Source of the DNA: Eledone cirrhosa
Taxonomy: Eukaryota
Direction: 5' to 3'
Assembly: GCA_964016885.1 (NCBI GenBank)
Contig: OZ024746.1
Location: 43,958,001-44,022,000, forward strand
DNA: 64,000 nt
Below the pieces are notes generated by a model. The model made no database searches. It was given only the letters and a program-made list of their open reading frames with translations, and was not told where the DNA came from. The translations under genes and the position numbers were made by a program. Position 1 is the first letter of the stretch. Each line of letters opens with the position of its first letter. Shown here piece by piece: positions 1 through 13,419 of this stretch.

Positions 1-560
1 ATATGTAGTCTTCTCTCTTGCATAGCACCACAGATTGCTCTTCAACCTAGTTTCTCCTTTAATTCATCCAGGCTCTCCTTTTCTTTTACATTTACATTGC
101 ACATCCAATGAAGCATGGTTTCTTCATTTCTCTCCAGCCTACACATGATCTCTGCAGTCACTACCCATGTTTTACTACCATGCAGCCTTGCACAAACATC
201 ATACAGTTCTCTTTTTGTACATGAGGAGAAATTTTTTGTTGTCAACAGTTCTCTAAACTTCTTTCATTCTATCCTTATTCTAGCTATTAAGCTCTGGTCA
301 CCTAAATAACAGAAGCTATCCTTCATATGATTGGAAAAAGTTTATATCACTGACACTCTTCTTCACAATTACCCCTGAATATCTTTTACATACAAAGTCT
401 TCCCTTCCTGTTAGTCTACCTGATATTTTGTGTATCAAAGACTTACATTGTGTACATCATATAGAGTTTACACTTACTCCTTTTCTACATATTGAGCAGG
501 GCTACATCCCAGAAGTTATCAGGGTCCTATCTTATGTATGCATGATCCCATAACTCCTGA
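1..560 (-). mobile_element. Decayed RTE-clade LINE fragment (RT C-terminal region)
   Basis: ORF 42..245 reads KRELYDVCARLHGSKTWVVTAEIMCRLERNEETMLHWMCNV, matching the RTE post-RT pattern K.RLY..CVR..MLHGSETW...RLERNE..MLRWMC; left and right limits approximate. Confidence 0.75.
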
Positions 561-659
561 GGGAGTTGTAGGGACATGTGGCATTTCTAGGGCATTTTAA
601 AACCTGGTGGAGCTCATCTTTTTTCTAAGTCTGAATACAGCAAAGAGATATAGCAGAAC

Positions 660-802
660 TGATCCCAGTACTTGACTTGTATTTTTTTTATTGACCTCAA
701 ATGGATGAAAGGCAAAGTTGACCTCAGTGGAATTTGAACTCAGATAGCAGAGACTTGAAAGGAATACTGCAAAGCATTCTATCCAACATTCTAATGACTC
801 TG
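660..802 (-). mobile_element. tRNA-derived SINE, old copy (family A)
   Basis: Reverse complement of the family core CTGAGTTCAAAT..GAGGTCAACTTTGCCTTTCATCC seen in many copies in this window. Confidence 0.8.
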
Positions 803-1309
803 TTAAATCATCACTTGTGTCCTAACTTATACATATACATATATATATATACTTACACACACACTCACACACATATATATATATATATGTATACATATGT
901 ACATGAAAGAATACAAATAAAAGATGGAAGAAATGGGGGTAGAAAGACTGTCTGCATAAACATATATAAATTATATGATGAATAGATAAAAACAATTACT
1001 TTTATAGTATACTATATTTTGGTTATATATAAATATACATGTATATTTATACATATACTAGCAGCCTACCGGCATTTGCCCCAGTCTACATTGTGCTTAA
1101 CTCTATTCATAAGACACCTATTGTCATCTGTTGTAATGTCCATTTTCTTTAGAATAAAAGATATTAAAAGGTATTTAAATATTACATAACAGAATTTTAT
1201 AAATTTATTTAGAATATCTAAATACAGAAAGTAATAAAGAAAAGAATAGAAAACTATATTCTATGAAAATTATAAAACATTTACAGAACTTCAGTATATT
1301 CAATAATTT

Positions 1310-1470
1310 TAGCAGCGATAGATTTATATAGGTCTGGCTACCTATTTGTGAGAGATTTTGTTGATGGCATTCAGTATGATGTTTTGGGGAGCAAGGATTG
1401 CTCTTTCACAGCCACTCCTCATGAGAATGGTGGATTTCGAAATTGGGGAACAATTAATTAAGCTTATAGC
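1310..1470 (-). mobile_element. Helitron PIF1-like helicase fragment
   Basis: Minus strand translates, with one frameshift, LFPNFEIHHSHEEWL/CERAILAPQNIILNAINK...YKSI, the Helitron helicase WLCERAILAPxN motif; a TACTAGCAG.. Helitron/HINE-like end lies at ~1057. Confidence 0.7.
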
Positions 1471-2054
1471 ACTTTCCACAAAATACCTATGAGTATGAAT
1501 ATACATTTATGTGTATTGTATGTGTACGGGTATGCTTATATATGGATAGATGTATGTATGCTTTTAAAGGCACGAGGCATGTAAATGTGTGTGTGTGTGT
1601 GAGTATGTGTGAAGATATATCTATGTGTGTGTATGTGTGTATATGTATGTGTGTATGGACATGGGGGTCCGTAAATATATTGTTTGATTACATGTACGAA
1701 AAGGAGTGGTTGGTGGCTATGTGTATTAATAAAACAAACTGGTATATATAGCTAACATAATAAAATAAGCATTAATAAACCCTAGATATTTTTAGCCATT
1801 ACTTGCTTCCGTAGAATTCCTAACATTAATGCTCAAAAAATTACGTACCAAGGTAAAATTTGATTATAACTCCAGTAAATACTAGTATAGTTGCACAAAC
1901 AACAGACATAGATTATATTAACATCACAATAGGATTGCTTATAATACCAGGTAGAACAACTATTATGAAAAGTACCATTAAATAATTCTGGCAATTCTAA
2001 ACTTCTATAACCTTAGATTGGCAATTACACACTTTCAATATGTTATATATATAA

Positions 2055-2125
2055 TTGATCCTGACGATTTCTTTATAGGGGTATTGTGAACAATATCCAA
2101 AGGGAATGAAACACATGTAGATCAA
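2055..2125 (+). ncRNA. Type I hammerhead ribozyme motif (PLE-type)
   Basis: TTGATC-CTGACGA-[stem II containing GGGTATTG/CAATATCC hairpin]-GAAA-CACATG-TA-GATCAA; 6-bp stem I, GUA triplet, AATAAA directly after. Confidence 0.75.
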
Positions 2126-2512
2126 ATAAATAATGTATTAACTATTGAACTTGGTGACTTATTTTTTTGTTAATATATGCTCTGTGATTTATATCTAAGA
2201 TGATTGGAAGTATACCACTAGATTCATCTCTGAAATAGATCCTGGATATAAAATAAATATTTGAGCTTTAAATATATATATATATAAACACCTTATTCTT
2301 GTTTTGTCAACTTATAGTTTCTCTCTCTCTCTCACACACACGCACACGCGCGCACGGATATGGTAATTGCAAGACAACAAAATTGACATTAAATGGTCTT
2401 TGTCAACCCATTAAAGGATATTACAAATATTTATAATATATTTACAGTTATTTATAAGAGAGTAAAATGTTTAAATGAAGTATACATATCACAGGACCTC
2501 TGATCCATCTGC

Positions 2513-2559
<47 letters not shown>

Positions 2560-3036
2560 ACACACACAGTGAGAGAAAGAGAGGTAAAGATATATATATA
2601 CAAACAGAGAGAGAGAGAGAGAAAGAGAAAGAGAGAGCGAGAGAGAGTTATAGATATATATAAATAGATATATATAGATAGATAAACATAGATATACAGA
2701 TAGATGGATAAGAGGTGGAAAAATCAATGAGGCTGTGAGGTTGATATTCAATATTTCATTTATTAATAATTCTGACATGTGTTTCACTGCAATTGTATGT
2801 GCTTGGTATTATAAATGCATAAAAAATTACTGCGCACTGTACTGGAAGATGTTATAATTAAATCTCTTCAAAGAGATTATTTATGAATTGTGTTGAGTAT
2901 TCAATATTATAGAAGTGAGCTGGTAATCATCATCATCATCATTTAACGTCAAATTTTGCTCGCTTGATGGATATATATGTAAATATACATGAAAATTTAG
3001 TAGTAGGTCGATATTTTGGGATTCCACTAATGGACT

Positions 3037-3144
3037 AGCTTGCTGATGAGGGCTATTAGTCCAGAATTTGTTAATTATTGGTTTACCATTAATCTATGAT
3101 TAGCAGATTCCCTCTTTAACCCGAAACAGTATACTGTACAGGCT
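3037..3144 (+). ncRNA. Type I hammerhead ribozyme motif with extended stem II
   Basis: AGCTTG-CTGATGA-GGG...CCC-GAAA-CAGTATACTG-TA-CAGGCT; canonical G10.1-C11.1 pair, palindromic stem III ACAGTATACTGT, 15-bp internal helix GAATTTGTTAATTAT/ATGATTAGCAGATTC. Confidence 0.8.
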
Positions 3145-6100
3145 TATAGGAGAATATATGTATTCTGGTAGCTTTCTGTGTTAAACTATGAAGATATTGG
3201 CTTATTCAAATGACTGAAATTGTGAAGCTCTTAAATCATTAATGTTTCTCTGTTACACTTTATCTTATGTATGTGCTCCTAATTGATTTGATGAGCAAGT
3301 TGTACGCAACAAGATCGAAATCATCGAATATCGATCTAAACCTTTATTATACATACATGCATACATATATTGATGGTATATATATTTTATACATGATGGT
3401 GCAGTCTTGGTTACACACTCTGTATTTATAGATATAACTTTATCATAGACTTTGGCTGCTAGCACACTTCTTAATATATATCTTAATTACCAACACTAGC
3501 AATAATTATATGAAAATTACTACGTCCATTCAGGAATAATTCTAAGAGCAAATGGGTATCTATAGCCATCAAAACACGTTCCCTTGTAGTTGATTGGATG
3601 ACATACTCGTGTTCTGATGAGGGTCAGATTAGATCCAAAAATGAATTAAAGGTGTTTATCATTTTTTTCAATTTACAGGGAAATTATTCCTCAAGATCAA
3701 ATCCAACTTCATCTGTTATTGAGATAGAGTAATTTCTCCCTACCTTAGCCCCATGTTAAAATGAGATTATCTTTAGATTTAAGCCCAAGAAAAGTTTTAT
3801 AAAATGATGATTACATCTAAATACTCAATGAAAGGCAATATGATTTTAAGCCTAATTTGGGTTATTACCAGAATAACTTGTAGTGCCATTGTCATTAAAT
3901 ATTTCGAAGTTGAAATTAGAAAGGATTGTTTTTATATAACAAAGAATAAATATTTGTAATACATTGTTTTAATGTAAAAATTTATGTTCAGAAAGGTTAA
4001 TATTAGAGAAGTTAAAAAAAAAATAACTTGTAAATAAGACACAATGTAATGAAAACAAATCATAATTTGGTTTATTCCCAGTTTTGTACTAGCTTAAAAT
4101 TATTTTCAACTCTTAGGCCAACTTATGTCAGTGTTGCATCATGCTTCTCTTCCTGGAAAAGATGCAATCTACATTAGTTTTTGAAGCAATCACTTTAGTA
4201 GGTTCTGACCTTGATGATATAACCCATTTAGTGATACAAACCTTATAGCTTTTAGTTGATTAGAGAATTGTTTTAGCAATCTTGGATTGATATTGAAAGC
4301 AATGTTGAGCCAGAGAACATCTAACTTTAAGCTTATCACTAGTAAATAAATGCAGTTGCTCAAGCACTCAGTAATAACTAGTCAGTTAATCTGTTTTGAA
4401 TGTTAATGAAATCCAATGAGATGAGACTTAAATTCAAAATGGACTTATAATTAGATTTTCAGCTGTTGATAATGAGGACTTTAAATATACACAATGAAGT
4501 ATGAATTAAAAGAGATGAAGAAAATTATTTAATGAAATATGCAAAATATTCAAATATTAAAAGATTTAATAAGACTAAGAACTTCTCGTTCAAGAGATTG
4601 CTGATTTTTATTTCACTTCAAATAATACAATGATTTCTTAAACAGATCTCAAGAAAGAAAATTAAAATATGACCCCAAATCATTTGATTGGAAATTTACT
4701 TGAAGAAATAGGATGTTCTGAATGAAAATAAGCATGCCTGTTCTCAGGCAGCTCTTTCACTGAGATAAGAAAGGGAGAAATGAAAGGAATAATTTTGGAA
4801 TAATCAGTACTAAATGAAAGGTTTGGATGAAATTTCCAAAATGTATTTAAGCATTCACGTAGCACATGTTATAAATATTCTGGATTCTTTTGTTTTATAC
4901 AAAGGAAGAGAAAGCATTTAAAAGAATTTTGTTGTATCTTAGACTAGATTAATTTAAACATCACCTTTCAAATTTTTAGACCTAAAAAATTATATGTGAA
5001 TCAATACAGATGTAGAAGTTTGTATTATAAAACAAAAACAAAAATTCAAAATAAAATAAAAGTAAAATATGCTGACAGAGTGTGGGATTTGCCACCCACA
5101 CAAAACAGTTGGTTGTGGATTAAGCCAAGAAGAAATGAATAGCAAAAGAATAACAAGGTAGATATAAGATTATATTGTTGATTACAAATAACTGAGCTAT
5201 TATACAGTTATGTATTAAAAGTATTTCTGGTGAAGGCCTATTTATAACATGCAAATTGAATGAAAAAAATGACCAATTACATCTCCAGTAAAATAATATG
5301 GTATTTTATCCATTTGTTGACATATTTCTAATTTAGCTGGTATTTGGAATTAACTTAAGGAAGGGCATCATATAAAATTATGATGGGTGGTTGTTTGATA
5401 AATATTAACACTTTGAATTAATCAGTTTTAGACTAGGGATGGTTTCATGCAGTTTCGTATCAAAATAGTTAGGTTTCATATGGAATCACTTGTTTTAAAC
5501 AGCTAACAACCTCTAGATAGTCAATTCATCTATTAGAAATGTCAAGCAACCCTACACCACAGCATCTTAAAAAATAAAATGATGGCTAATGTAGTCCCCA
5601 ATATATAAAAAGGCAGGGTAGTTATGAACAGGATGCCATTTATTATTGGTCTGTTGTATCAGAGTTGTCCTGCAGCTACATAACAAAAACATGGTATTTT
5701 TTAGTGTCAAAGAAAAGTAGCAACTTGTTCAAAGGTCCATAAATTTATTTTATATTGCCTTAGATGCAAATATTCCAAACATCAAAGAGATCATTTATTA
5801 ACATGACTAAACACCAATGAGATATTTTGGTACTTATGTTTCAAAAGCAAAAATATTTCAGAACCAAAAAATGCTTTGGTGATATGATTAATCAGATGTT
5901 AAAAGACTAGTATATACAGTAATGTTATTATTTGTTCATGTGTTACTGATTGATATTACTGGTTATTGTTTTGACCTTACAGGCAGTAACAAATTAGTGT
6001 TACTTGAGAATATTGATAATTTCTTAACTCACTTCATTATATTTCAAAACAAAATTTCAACATCAATAGAAAAATATTTAGATTTCTTTTTTAGGTTTAT

Positions 6101-6589
6101 TTATAGCAAAGTTAGTAACAGGTTTCCAACAGGCCAATCACTGGTTCATTGCATTTACGATGGTAAAAGTGAAAAGAGAGCAACTACACTACTCAACTGA
6201 AGCAGAGACTGCAGGTACTTTTTGGAAAGCTCTATTTTATTGGTTTTCTAACCATTGCTTATATCTTTCACAGATATGTAACACACACACACACACTCAT
6301 ATATATATATATACACACATTTCTAATATCAATTTCATTTTGCTAAGCACAAGGAAAATATTTGAGCCACAGGAGGTCTAGAAAATTAAATTGATCTCAG
6401 TATATCTGTGGTACTTACTTCCTCATCTCCATAGGAATTAAATCTCAAGTCAAACTTGGGGGAATGGGTAAATTAATATCAGAATAAAATAAATATCCTA
6501 AGGTAATTTGTCTGATGCCACAGCACATTTACAAATGCCACACTTCTTCAACCACTTATTCCTTGGAGAGTCAAAGGGGTAGGATCCTC

Positions 6590-7140
6590 AATCATGCCTT
6601 CCAGAGGTTCCCATCAAAAGTAACCATCTCCAAATGATCTGGCTAGATATCCAAATGAGACCAACCAAGCTCATGGGTGATATCCAATCATCTTGATTGT
6701 GGTTTACCGCTGGGTTTCCTGCTGGTTGGCTTTGCCTGAAAATCTGTCCAGTGATTCTTTCCTTAGACATTCTCATCACATGTCTGTAGTCCTGGAGCTA
6801 TGATTTCTTGATTTGGAAAGGTAGCAACTCTGATCTCTGAGCTATGCAACCTATCGAGTAACGTTATTCAAAATACCTCTCAGAGGAACACCATTTTGAC
6901 CACTTGCATTTGTAATCATATTCTGTTAATCATTACCTAGGATTCATGGCCATGGGTAAGGAGAGGCATGAATACCAAATTGGCTTTACACCAACCTCTT
7001 TTCTCCTGATAACCATGTGTTGAAGCTGGTACATTACTCACCATCTCCATCAATTCTTGAATTTGATTCAGCCTCCTGTCTTCCATGATTCATGAAAAAC
7101 CCAACAAACTTGAAATTCTTCATCTCTATCAGTCACTCAA
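6590..7140 (-). mobile_element. Decayed RTE (Expander/REX3-like) LINE 3' region
   Basis: GHVMRMSKERITGQI..P..R..W..I pattern; similar to the 3' part of the copy at 14880-15165. Confidence 0.65.
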
Positions 7141-7207
7141 ATACACCACTTTTTTTTTTTTTTTTTTTTTTTTTTTCCAGTATTAAGATCTTAATGAATT
7201 TCATTAA

Positions 7208-7400
7208 GGGTGGTGCATTGGCAGTATCGGTAGAGGGTCGGATACCATGCTTTGACGCATAGAGTTACGGCCCTTGCCATTCTGAGTTCAAATCCCGCCG
7301 AGGTTAACTTTGCCTTTCATCCTTACGGGGTCGATAAAATAAAGTACCAGTAATGCACTGGGATAATTGCTGGCCTTGTGCCAAAAGTAGAAACAATTAT
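7208..7400 (+). mobile_element. tRNA-derived SINE, young full-length copy (family A)
   Basis: A-box-like TGGCAGTATCGG, B-box GAGTTCAAATCC, core TTTGCCTTTCATCCTTACGGGGTCGATAAAATAAAGTACCAG, tail GGCCTTGTGCCAAAAGTAGAAACAATT. Confidence 0.9.
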
Positions 7401-7984
7401 TTGGACAAAACCAGATAAATATATAATTTTATAATATATTTTAAAGTCAAATGAATAATTATTTGGGAAAATACTTTGAAAAGAAGTTGCCCCTGAAATA
7501 CAAATGCAATAAAAAAAGGTTTGTGTAAATCGGAGCACGGTTTCCTGAGATATGGGATTTTTCCAGGCACCTTCATAAATAGAGACAGAGAAAGATAGAG
7601 AGAAAGAGATAGAGGTTGTGAGAAAGTAGATTGAAAGAGAGACATAGAGAAAGGGAGGAGGAGACAGAGAAGGAAAATGAAAGAGACAGAGAGAGCTGGT
7701 GGTGTTGTTGTGTATATATATATGTCTGTGTGTGTATATATGTCTGTGTGTGTATATATGTCTGTGTGTGTATATATATATATATATACACATATATATA
7801 TGTGTGTGTCAATGAGCAGTGTATATAGGTCCCAGACACGCACACACATATATATACATATCATCATCATCATTTTACGTCCACTTTTCCCTGCTTGCAA
7901 GGGTATATATATAGATATATATATATATACATGTACACACACACACAGACATATATATATATATTTTTCAGTTTACATTATATA

Positions 7985-8710
7985 TACTAGCAGAAAAACC
8001 ACTTGAAGGGTGGTTTTCTGCTAGCATGTGTAGTGTGTATACTGATATTATATGCAAGTATATATGCATGTAGATATAATCAAATAAAATCGTAATTGAC
8101 AATATACACAGAAATTGAATGGAGACTGTGATACACTCTCTTACATAATCAGTAACGTAATCCATGATACATAAAAAAAAGATGATAGTATATTAAAACT
8201 GCATTAGGAGAAAATTAGTGACAGAAATATATGAATATTTATTTAAACAATCGTTAACCGGAAGTGTTGACATTTGAAAATTTTAAAGAAGTGAATCTTT
8301 AAATAAGTAATAAAATATATTTAATGAACAGCCACAAAATTTAGTAGATAAATTATGTAATATTCATTCATTATTTATTCAAAGTAATGGCGGTAAATTA
8401 TGTAATATTCATTCATTATTTATTCAAAGTAAGGGCGGTAGATTGGCAGTATCGGTAGAGGGTCGGACGCCATGCTTTCCAGCATAGTTACGTCCCTTTA
8501 CGATCCGAGTTCAAATCCCGCCGAGGTTGACTTTGCCTTTCATCCTTACGGGGTCGATAAAATAAAGTACCAGTAATGCACTGGGTCATTTGCTGGCCTT
8601 GTGCCTAACGTAGAAACAATTATTTATTCAAAGTAATCTAACTTATTTTACTAAGGGGATAAAAAATTATAAATTGTACGCAGTCCCGTGCTTCTTACTT
8701 TATTATAGGT
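7985..8710 (+). mobile_element. Non-autonomous Helitron/Helentron-like (HINE/DINE-like) element with nested SINE
   Basis: Starts TACTAGCAG with hairpin CTAGCAGAAAAACCAC/GTGGTTTTCTGCTAG; ends near GCTTCTTACTTTATTATAG; family assignment is inference. Confidence 0.4.
8433..8620 (+). mobile_element. tRNA-derived SINE, young copy with TSD (family A)
   Basis: Full family A sequence flanked by the duplicated ATTATTTATTCAAAGTAA. Confidence 0.9.
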
Positions 8711-8844
8711 TAGTTGTCTGTGTATATTTTAATTATTTAAAAATCATTTTTAAGTGAGCATGATTTTACAAAAATATTTTTAAGTGAATGTGACCCAACG
8801 GGTCATGGGTGGTCGAGTTACCTATTAACATTATTATTTACATA

Positions 8845-9055
8845 GTGGTGGATTGGTAGAATGGTAGAGTGTTGGATAAAATACAATTGATGTATTTGTT
8901 CTGGCTCTTCACATTTTGAGTTCAAATCCCAAAGGTCAATTTTGCCTTTTATCCATCAGGAGTTGATAAAATATTGTACCAGTCAAATACTGGGGTTGAG
9001 TCGTTCAATTTTGCTCTTCCACCAAATTTGCTAACCTTGTTCCTAAATTAGAATT
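8845..9055 (+). mobile_element. tRNA-derived SINE, older copy (family A-related)
   Basis: GAGTTCAAATCCC, TTTGCCTTTTATCC..GTTGATAAAA..GTACCAG; CpG-decayed. Confidence 0.8.
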
Positions 9056-9289
9056 TTATATTATAACTTTGTGTTATTTGTTCAAAGTTAAATGTGGGTA
9101 AAAAAAACATTATTTTCCATTTAGTTATTCCAAAGTGATTTGCTATTGTTTATCAATATATTTTCAAAACTTCTGTTTGGATGTGCACTAATTCCATCTT
9201 GTGAACAACAGTATTTACAGAGAAGAAATACAGTTCGTATAAATAAATAAAACCAAATTCACAAAAGATCATTGATATCCATCTCCTAT

Positions 9290-9430
9290 CAATGGAAATC
9301 ACCCAGCATCATCTCAGACAATAGTAACCTTCCTGCCATCAGGCAGACATTACAGAAGCATTCAAACCTTTATGTCAAAGGTCAGCAGCATTTTTACCTG
9401 GGGCTGTCACACAGCTGAACATCAATATGG
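9290..9430 (+). mobile_element. Rex1/Babar- or L2-like LINE 3' fragment
   Basis: Translates HP...FLPSGRHYRSIQT...SIF..AV..LN, resembling the LLPSGRRYRS..T.R..SF.P.A..LN terminus. Confidence 0.5.
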
Positions 9431-9789
9431 GACTATGCACATATATGGGTATGCATTTTATTTATTTTTATCAATAAAATCATGTTATTCTATTATGCGT
9501 GTGTGTGTGTAGTATTGTTTATTACACTCAATTGGTATGTAAAGTGCTATTGCTTTTATGTCTTCAAGTTTCTGCAACTTTGGCTGCAATCTATTTGTCA
9601 TTGTATTTATATACAATGACAATAAATTAAACTGATTCAAAATTATACACTCCTCTTTGGACAAATTAACATTTTTCTTCAAAACTAAGAAACGACAATT
9701 TGTTTATAGATAATCATAGTGAGCAAAGACTAATATTTTTTTAGAGTAATAACTAACATACATTTTAATTACTACTAATATACTAGAAG

Positions 9790-10125
9790 TGACAGCACAT
9801 GACTTAAAGATTAGAGCATTGGACTGGCAATCATGAGGTTGTGAGTTTAATTCCCAGACCAGGTGGTGTGTTGAGTCTTTGAGCAAGACACTTTATTTTA
9901 CATTGTTCCAGTTTACTCAGCTATAGAAATGGCTTGTGATATCACTTGTGCCAAGCTGTAGCAACCTTTGCCTTTCCCTTAGACAACATCAGTGATGTGC
10001 AGAAGGGAGACAGGTATGCATGGGCGACTGCTGATCTTTCACAAATAACCTTGCCCAGACTTGTGCTTTGGAGGGGAACTTCCAAGGTGCAGATCCTTTA
10101 GTCATTGATAACCGTAGGGGTCTTT
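9790..10125 (+). mobile_element. CORE-like tRNA SINE (family B)
   Basis: tRNA-like head (GTGAGTTTAATTCCC) plus CORE-like TTGAGCAAGACACTTTATTT..CATTGTTCCAGTTTACTCAGCT; similar copies at 28200 and 60775. Confidence 0.8.
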
Positions 10126-10511
10126 ATTAGAAGAAGAATTGAAACTCTATTATTAATTTAATTAGTAATAAAATGTGAAATAAATTTAAAAAAAACAAAA
10201 AACAGTTGTTAAATAGTATTGTTGTCTACATTAAAATATATATTTGTTCTTATGATCATTAAACAATTACACTTAATAGATTTTCAAGAATCAAATTCAT
10301 AGAATAAAATGGTAAACAATAGATATATAGATATTATGCTTTATATAATACACATTAACAACAGATCTTTTATATGGAAATGTCTGCATGGCACAATACA
10401 TGAATATACTAATGAAACATTGTGATTATATACCTTTGTTAACTGAACTTTGAAGGGGCAATAGCATATAAATGAATGCTCTATATTATAGAGCATTCTT
10501 ATGAAGCTAAT

Positions 10512-10703
10512 GTGTCAGGTCACTCTTTAGTGCTACTGTTAGCATGTAACCCAGTACAACTTGTCCGATGGTCGGGTCATTGGCAACTAAACCAGCAACC
10601 CCACCAAGTTTACTTGGTGAGGAGGGTGATTTTAGACACCCTGCAGGACAAAAAACAAAACCTGACAATGGGCGGATGAACCCACAAGTGTCAACGACCA
10701 TCT
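10512..10703 (+). mobile_element. 5' fragment of the ~600-bp non-autonomous element (see 40587, 44967)
   Basis: GTGTCAGGTCAC..GTGCTACTG..GGTCGGGTC..CAACCCCACCAAG..CTTGGTGAGGAGGGTGA shared with the two longer copies. Confidence 0.85.
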
Positions 10704-12387
10704 AAAAAACAAAACAAAAAAAAAAAATCAATGGGTGTCAGTAGTTCCAGCTGTACACATCAAAATATTGGTGTACTGGTTCTGAGAACAATGCAGCTTT
10801 GCAGATAATCAATGCAAATGGACAATGGAAAGGTGCTCCTGCTTGAGTTAGAAGAGAACTATTGACCTTTAGGAGAAGTGACCCCTGATTGTATACAGCA
10901 AACGAAACAAATATGAAGTACACCAAATCCAATGCTCCTAGGGGAGGCCCTGGTTCTTCTTATTTGTGAGTGTAAACTCAGCCAGATTAGAACCATTTTC
11001 TGAATTGCTTAGACTCAATAATTCTGAGTGAATCAAAGTCTCCAACTAACTGATGATTGCCAGAATGTTTTAAGAAAACAATCTATGCAAAATATAGGAA
11101 ATTCATGTGATTGTAATTATTCTAGATAACAATAAACCTAACAAGGTCAGATATAGCTGCTAGTTAAATGAAATACAAAAATTATTTGCTGATGTGTATA
11201 AGACATCAAGATGCTCAAAGTTATTTTTCAATTCAATTTTAGGAATGATTTAGAGATTGAATGACAAAATTTAATCCATCACGATATAACCAATGCAGTA
11301 GAACATACACTTGTTATAAATCTATGTATGCATGGACCCCAACATTTGATGGTTAGATAAGGATGCCATAGTAACATTAAAGTGTATCTTGAGTATTTTA
11401 TTTAATCTTGGTGGAAGCCAACCCCTCTCTAGGCCTGAACATAGTTGATTTGCTCTAAATATACAAGCATTAATATGCTTGTTTAATGAATATAAAGAAA
11501 ACAAGTAGGAATAATTCAATAATTTGTGACCAAAAGAAGGCAAGGTTTGTTCAAGCATTGGAATTATTATTGAGTGAATTATGAATTATTTTTTTACAAT
11601 AATTATATGAATTAAGATTAACTCACATAATCTGAAAGTTAATATTTTATAGAGGCCTTAGAGAATAATATTTTGTGAATACATAGACCACGAAATGTAA
11701 GTTTTAGATATAATGTTTTGATGATTTATACAATTTTTTTGTATAAATCATAAAGTATTATGTAAAAAAGATAGTAATTTTACATAAATTTCCTACAGAT
11801 AACCACTCAATTGTGAAGTAAAACTGATGTCTGTTTCTAACCAAATATACTGAGATAAGTATGCATAGTCCAGACATATCACATAGGCTGTATAAGGTTT
11901 GGAATCATGGCTATAGTACTCATTATCACTATACATTATATAAAAAAATTAATATTTGAATAAATATAAAACCTGTTTTATTATAATGTTTCATTAGTCG
12001 GTTTGAGGACTGCAATAACTAGCCTTTTCAGGCATTCTTAGGGTTGAAAATAAGAATAGTTGAGTAAATGGTATAGTAAAGCAAGGCGCAGCCACTGTTG
12101 TGGTAATGGCAGAAGAAATAGAAAGATGATATATGACATCAGTGAACAAGCAGTTGTAAAGTGTTGAGAAGTGACAGTTTTTTTATCACATGGCAAGTGG
12201 TCAGTTTTTCATGTAGTCAAGAAATTGTATGTGTATATGTGTACATGTCAAGAAAATATATGCATGTGCATTTGTGGTAGGTGCAATATTTTAAATGCTT
12301 GCTATATCTAAATTTATGATATATAGTACTTTTACCTTTCAAAAGGTCAACAACAGTTCAAGAGTAAGGTATTTCCAAACTGAAAAG

Positions 12388-12470
12388 GAAACTTACTTTG
12401 TTATATGATATTGTGTCAGAGAAAAATGGAAACTTACTTTGATATATGATATTGTGTCAGAGAAAAATGG
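12388..12470. repeat. ~41-bp tandem duplication
   Basis: GGAAACTTACTTTG(T/A)TATATGATATTGTGTCAGAGAAAAAT present twice head-to-tail. Confidence 0.9.
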
Positions 12471-13419
12471 ATAATAAACATCCATTAAAAAAATATCAGT
12501 ACTGAATTATATATTTAAATGTAATCCATAGAGTAAGAATAGGCCAATAGAACCATTTGTTTGCCCTTTCATAATTAGAGGTCTGTATTGATGGCAAAAC
12601 AGCTTCACAGATTTTTTAATATGATCCAGGTAAATAATAATGTGTCTTTCCCAGAAACACTAAATAATTCATACAATGGATTTTAATTCACAAGCTAATA
12701 GTTCAATACAATATCTACTTTATCAATTCATATCTACAATTTCCAAAGAAAAGAAGTTTAAATTATAACTCTATGAAGCTGAGTCTCAGTGCTAAATGTA
12801 TCACAGACAGTTTAGTTAAACACAAGACAAAATGAGGATAGCATAGATAAACAAGCATCTTTATAAGATTTAACTTTTGAAGATATTTGCTTCCATAAAA
12901 AATTATGCTGATATTTAGAGAATTGGTTAAAAAATATAACTGTTTTTGCAGTGAAAATTCTTAAATTTATTCAATAGAGACTTACTTTTACATATTACTG
13001 TGTTACAAGAGCAAATAATTTAGAATAATTAAAAAAGAAAGCATTTTTAAGATGTTATATTTTAACGATATTTGCTACTATACAAATATTTATTTCATGA
13101 AATCATAGGCAATATTTCAATTAAACACATTTTTCCTCATTTCTTTGTAATATTGATTTTCTCAACATTGTGCTTCTGTTCTGCTTTGAGATCAACATAA
13201 AGATAACATTTATGTATGCAAAAAGATGGTAATAGAGGAAACTATGCCTAATTTCTACAAGAAAAGTTATAACAACATAGCATGATTGGGACCTTTAATT
13301 TCCTCTTCTAGATCCTGCCTCCTTGTTTCAATGGCCTCTTAAGAATTTCATATCACTAGCCAATATGACACTTAATATGTATTTAACTCATAAAATAAAG
13401 TACTGGGGTCAATTTAATA

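Noticed and set aside
3614-3650. CTGATGA-GGGTC/GATCC-AAAA hammerhead-like motif
   Set aside because: GAAA is mutated and stem I does not close; at most a fossil
4110-4920. Possible decayed hAT transposase
   Set aside because: Only vague resemblance; no motif could be read with confidence
7208-7290. tRNA genes suggested by A/B boxes
   Set aside because: These are SINE heads continuing into a shared core and tail with TSDs; no cloverleaf
10738-11000. Possible L1/Tx1-like RT remnant
   Set aside because: Too degenerate to support without a profile search
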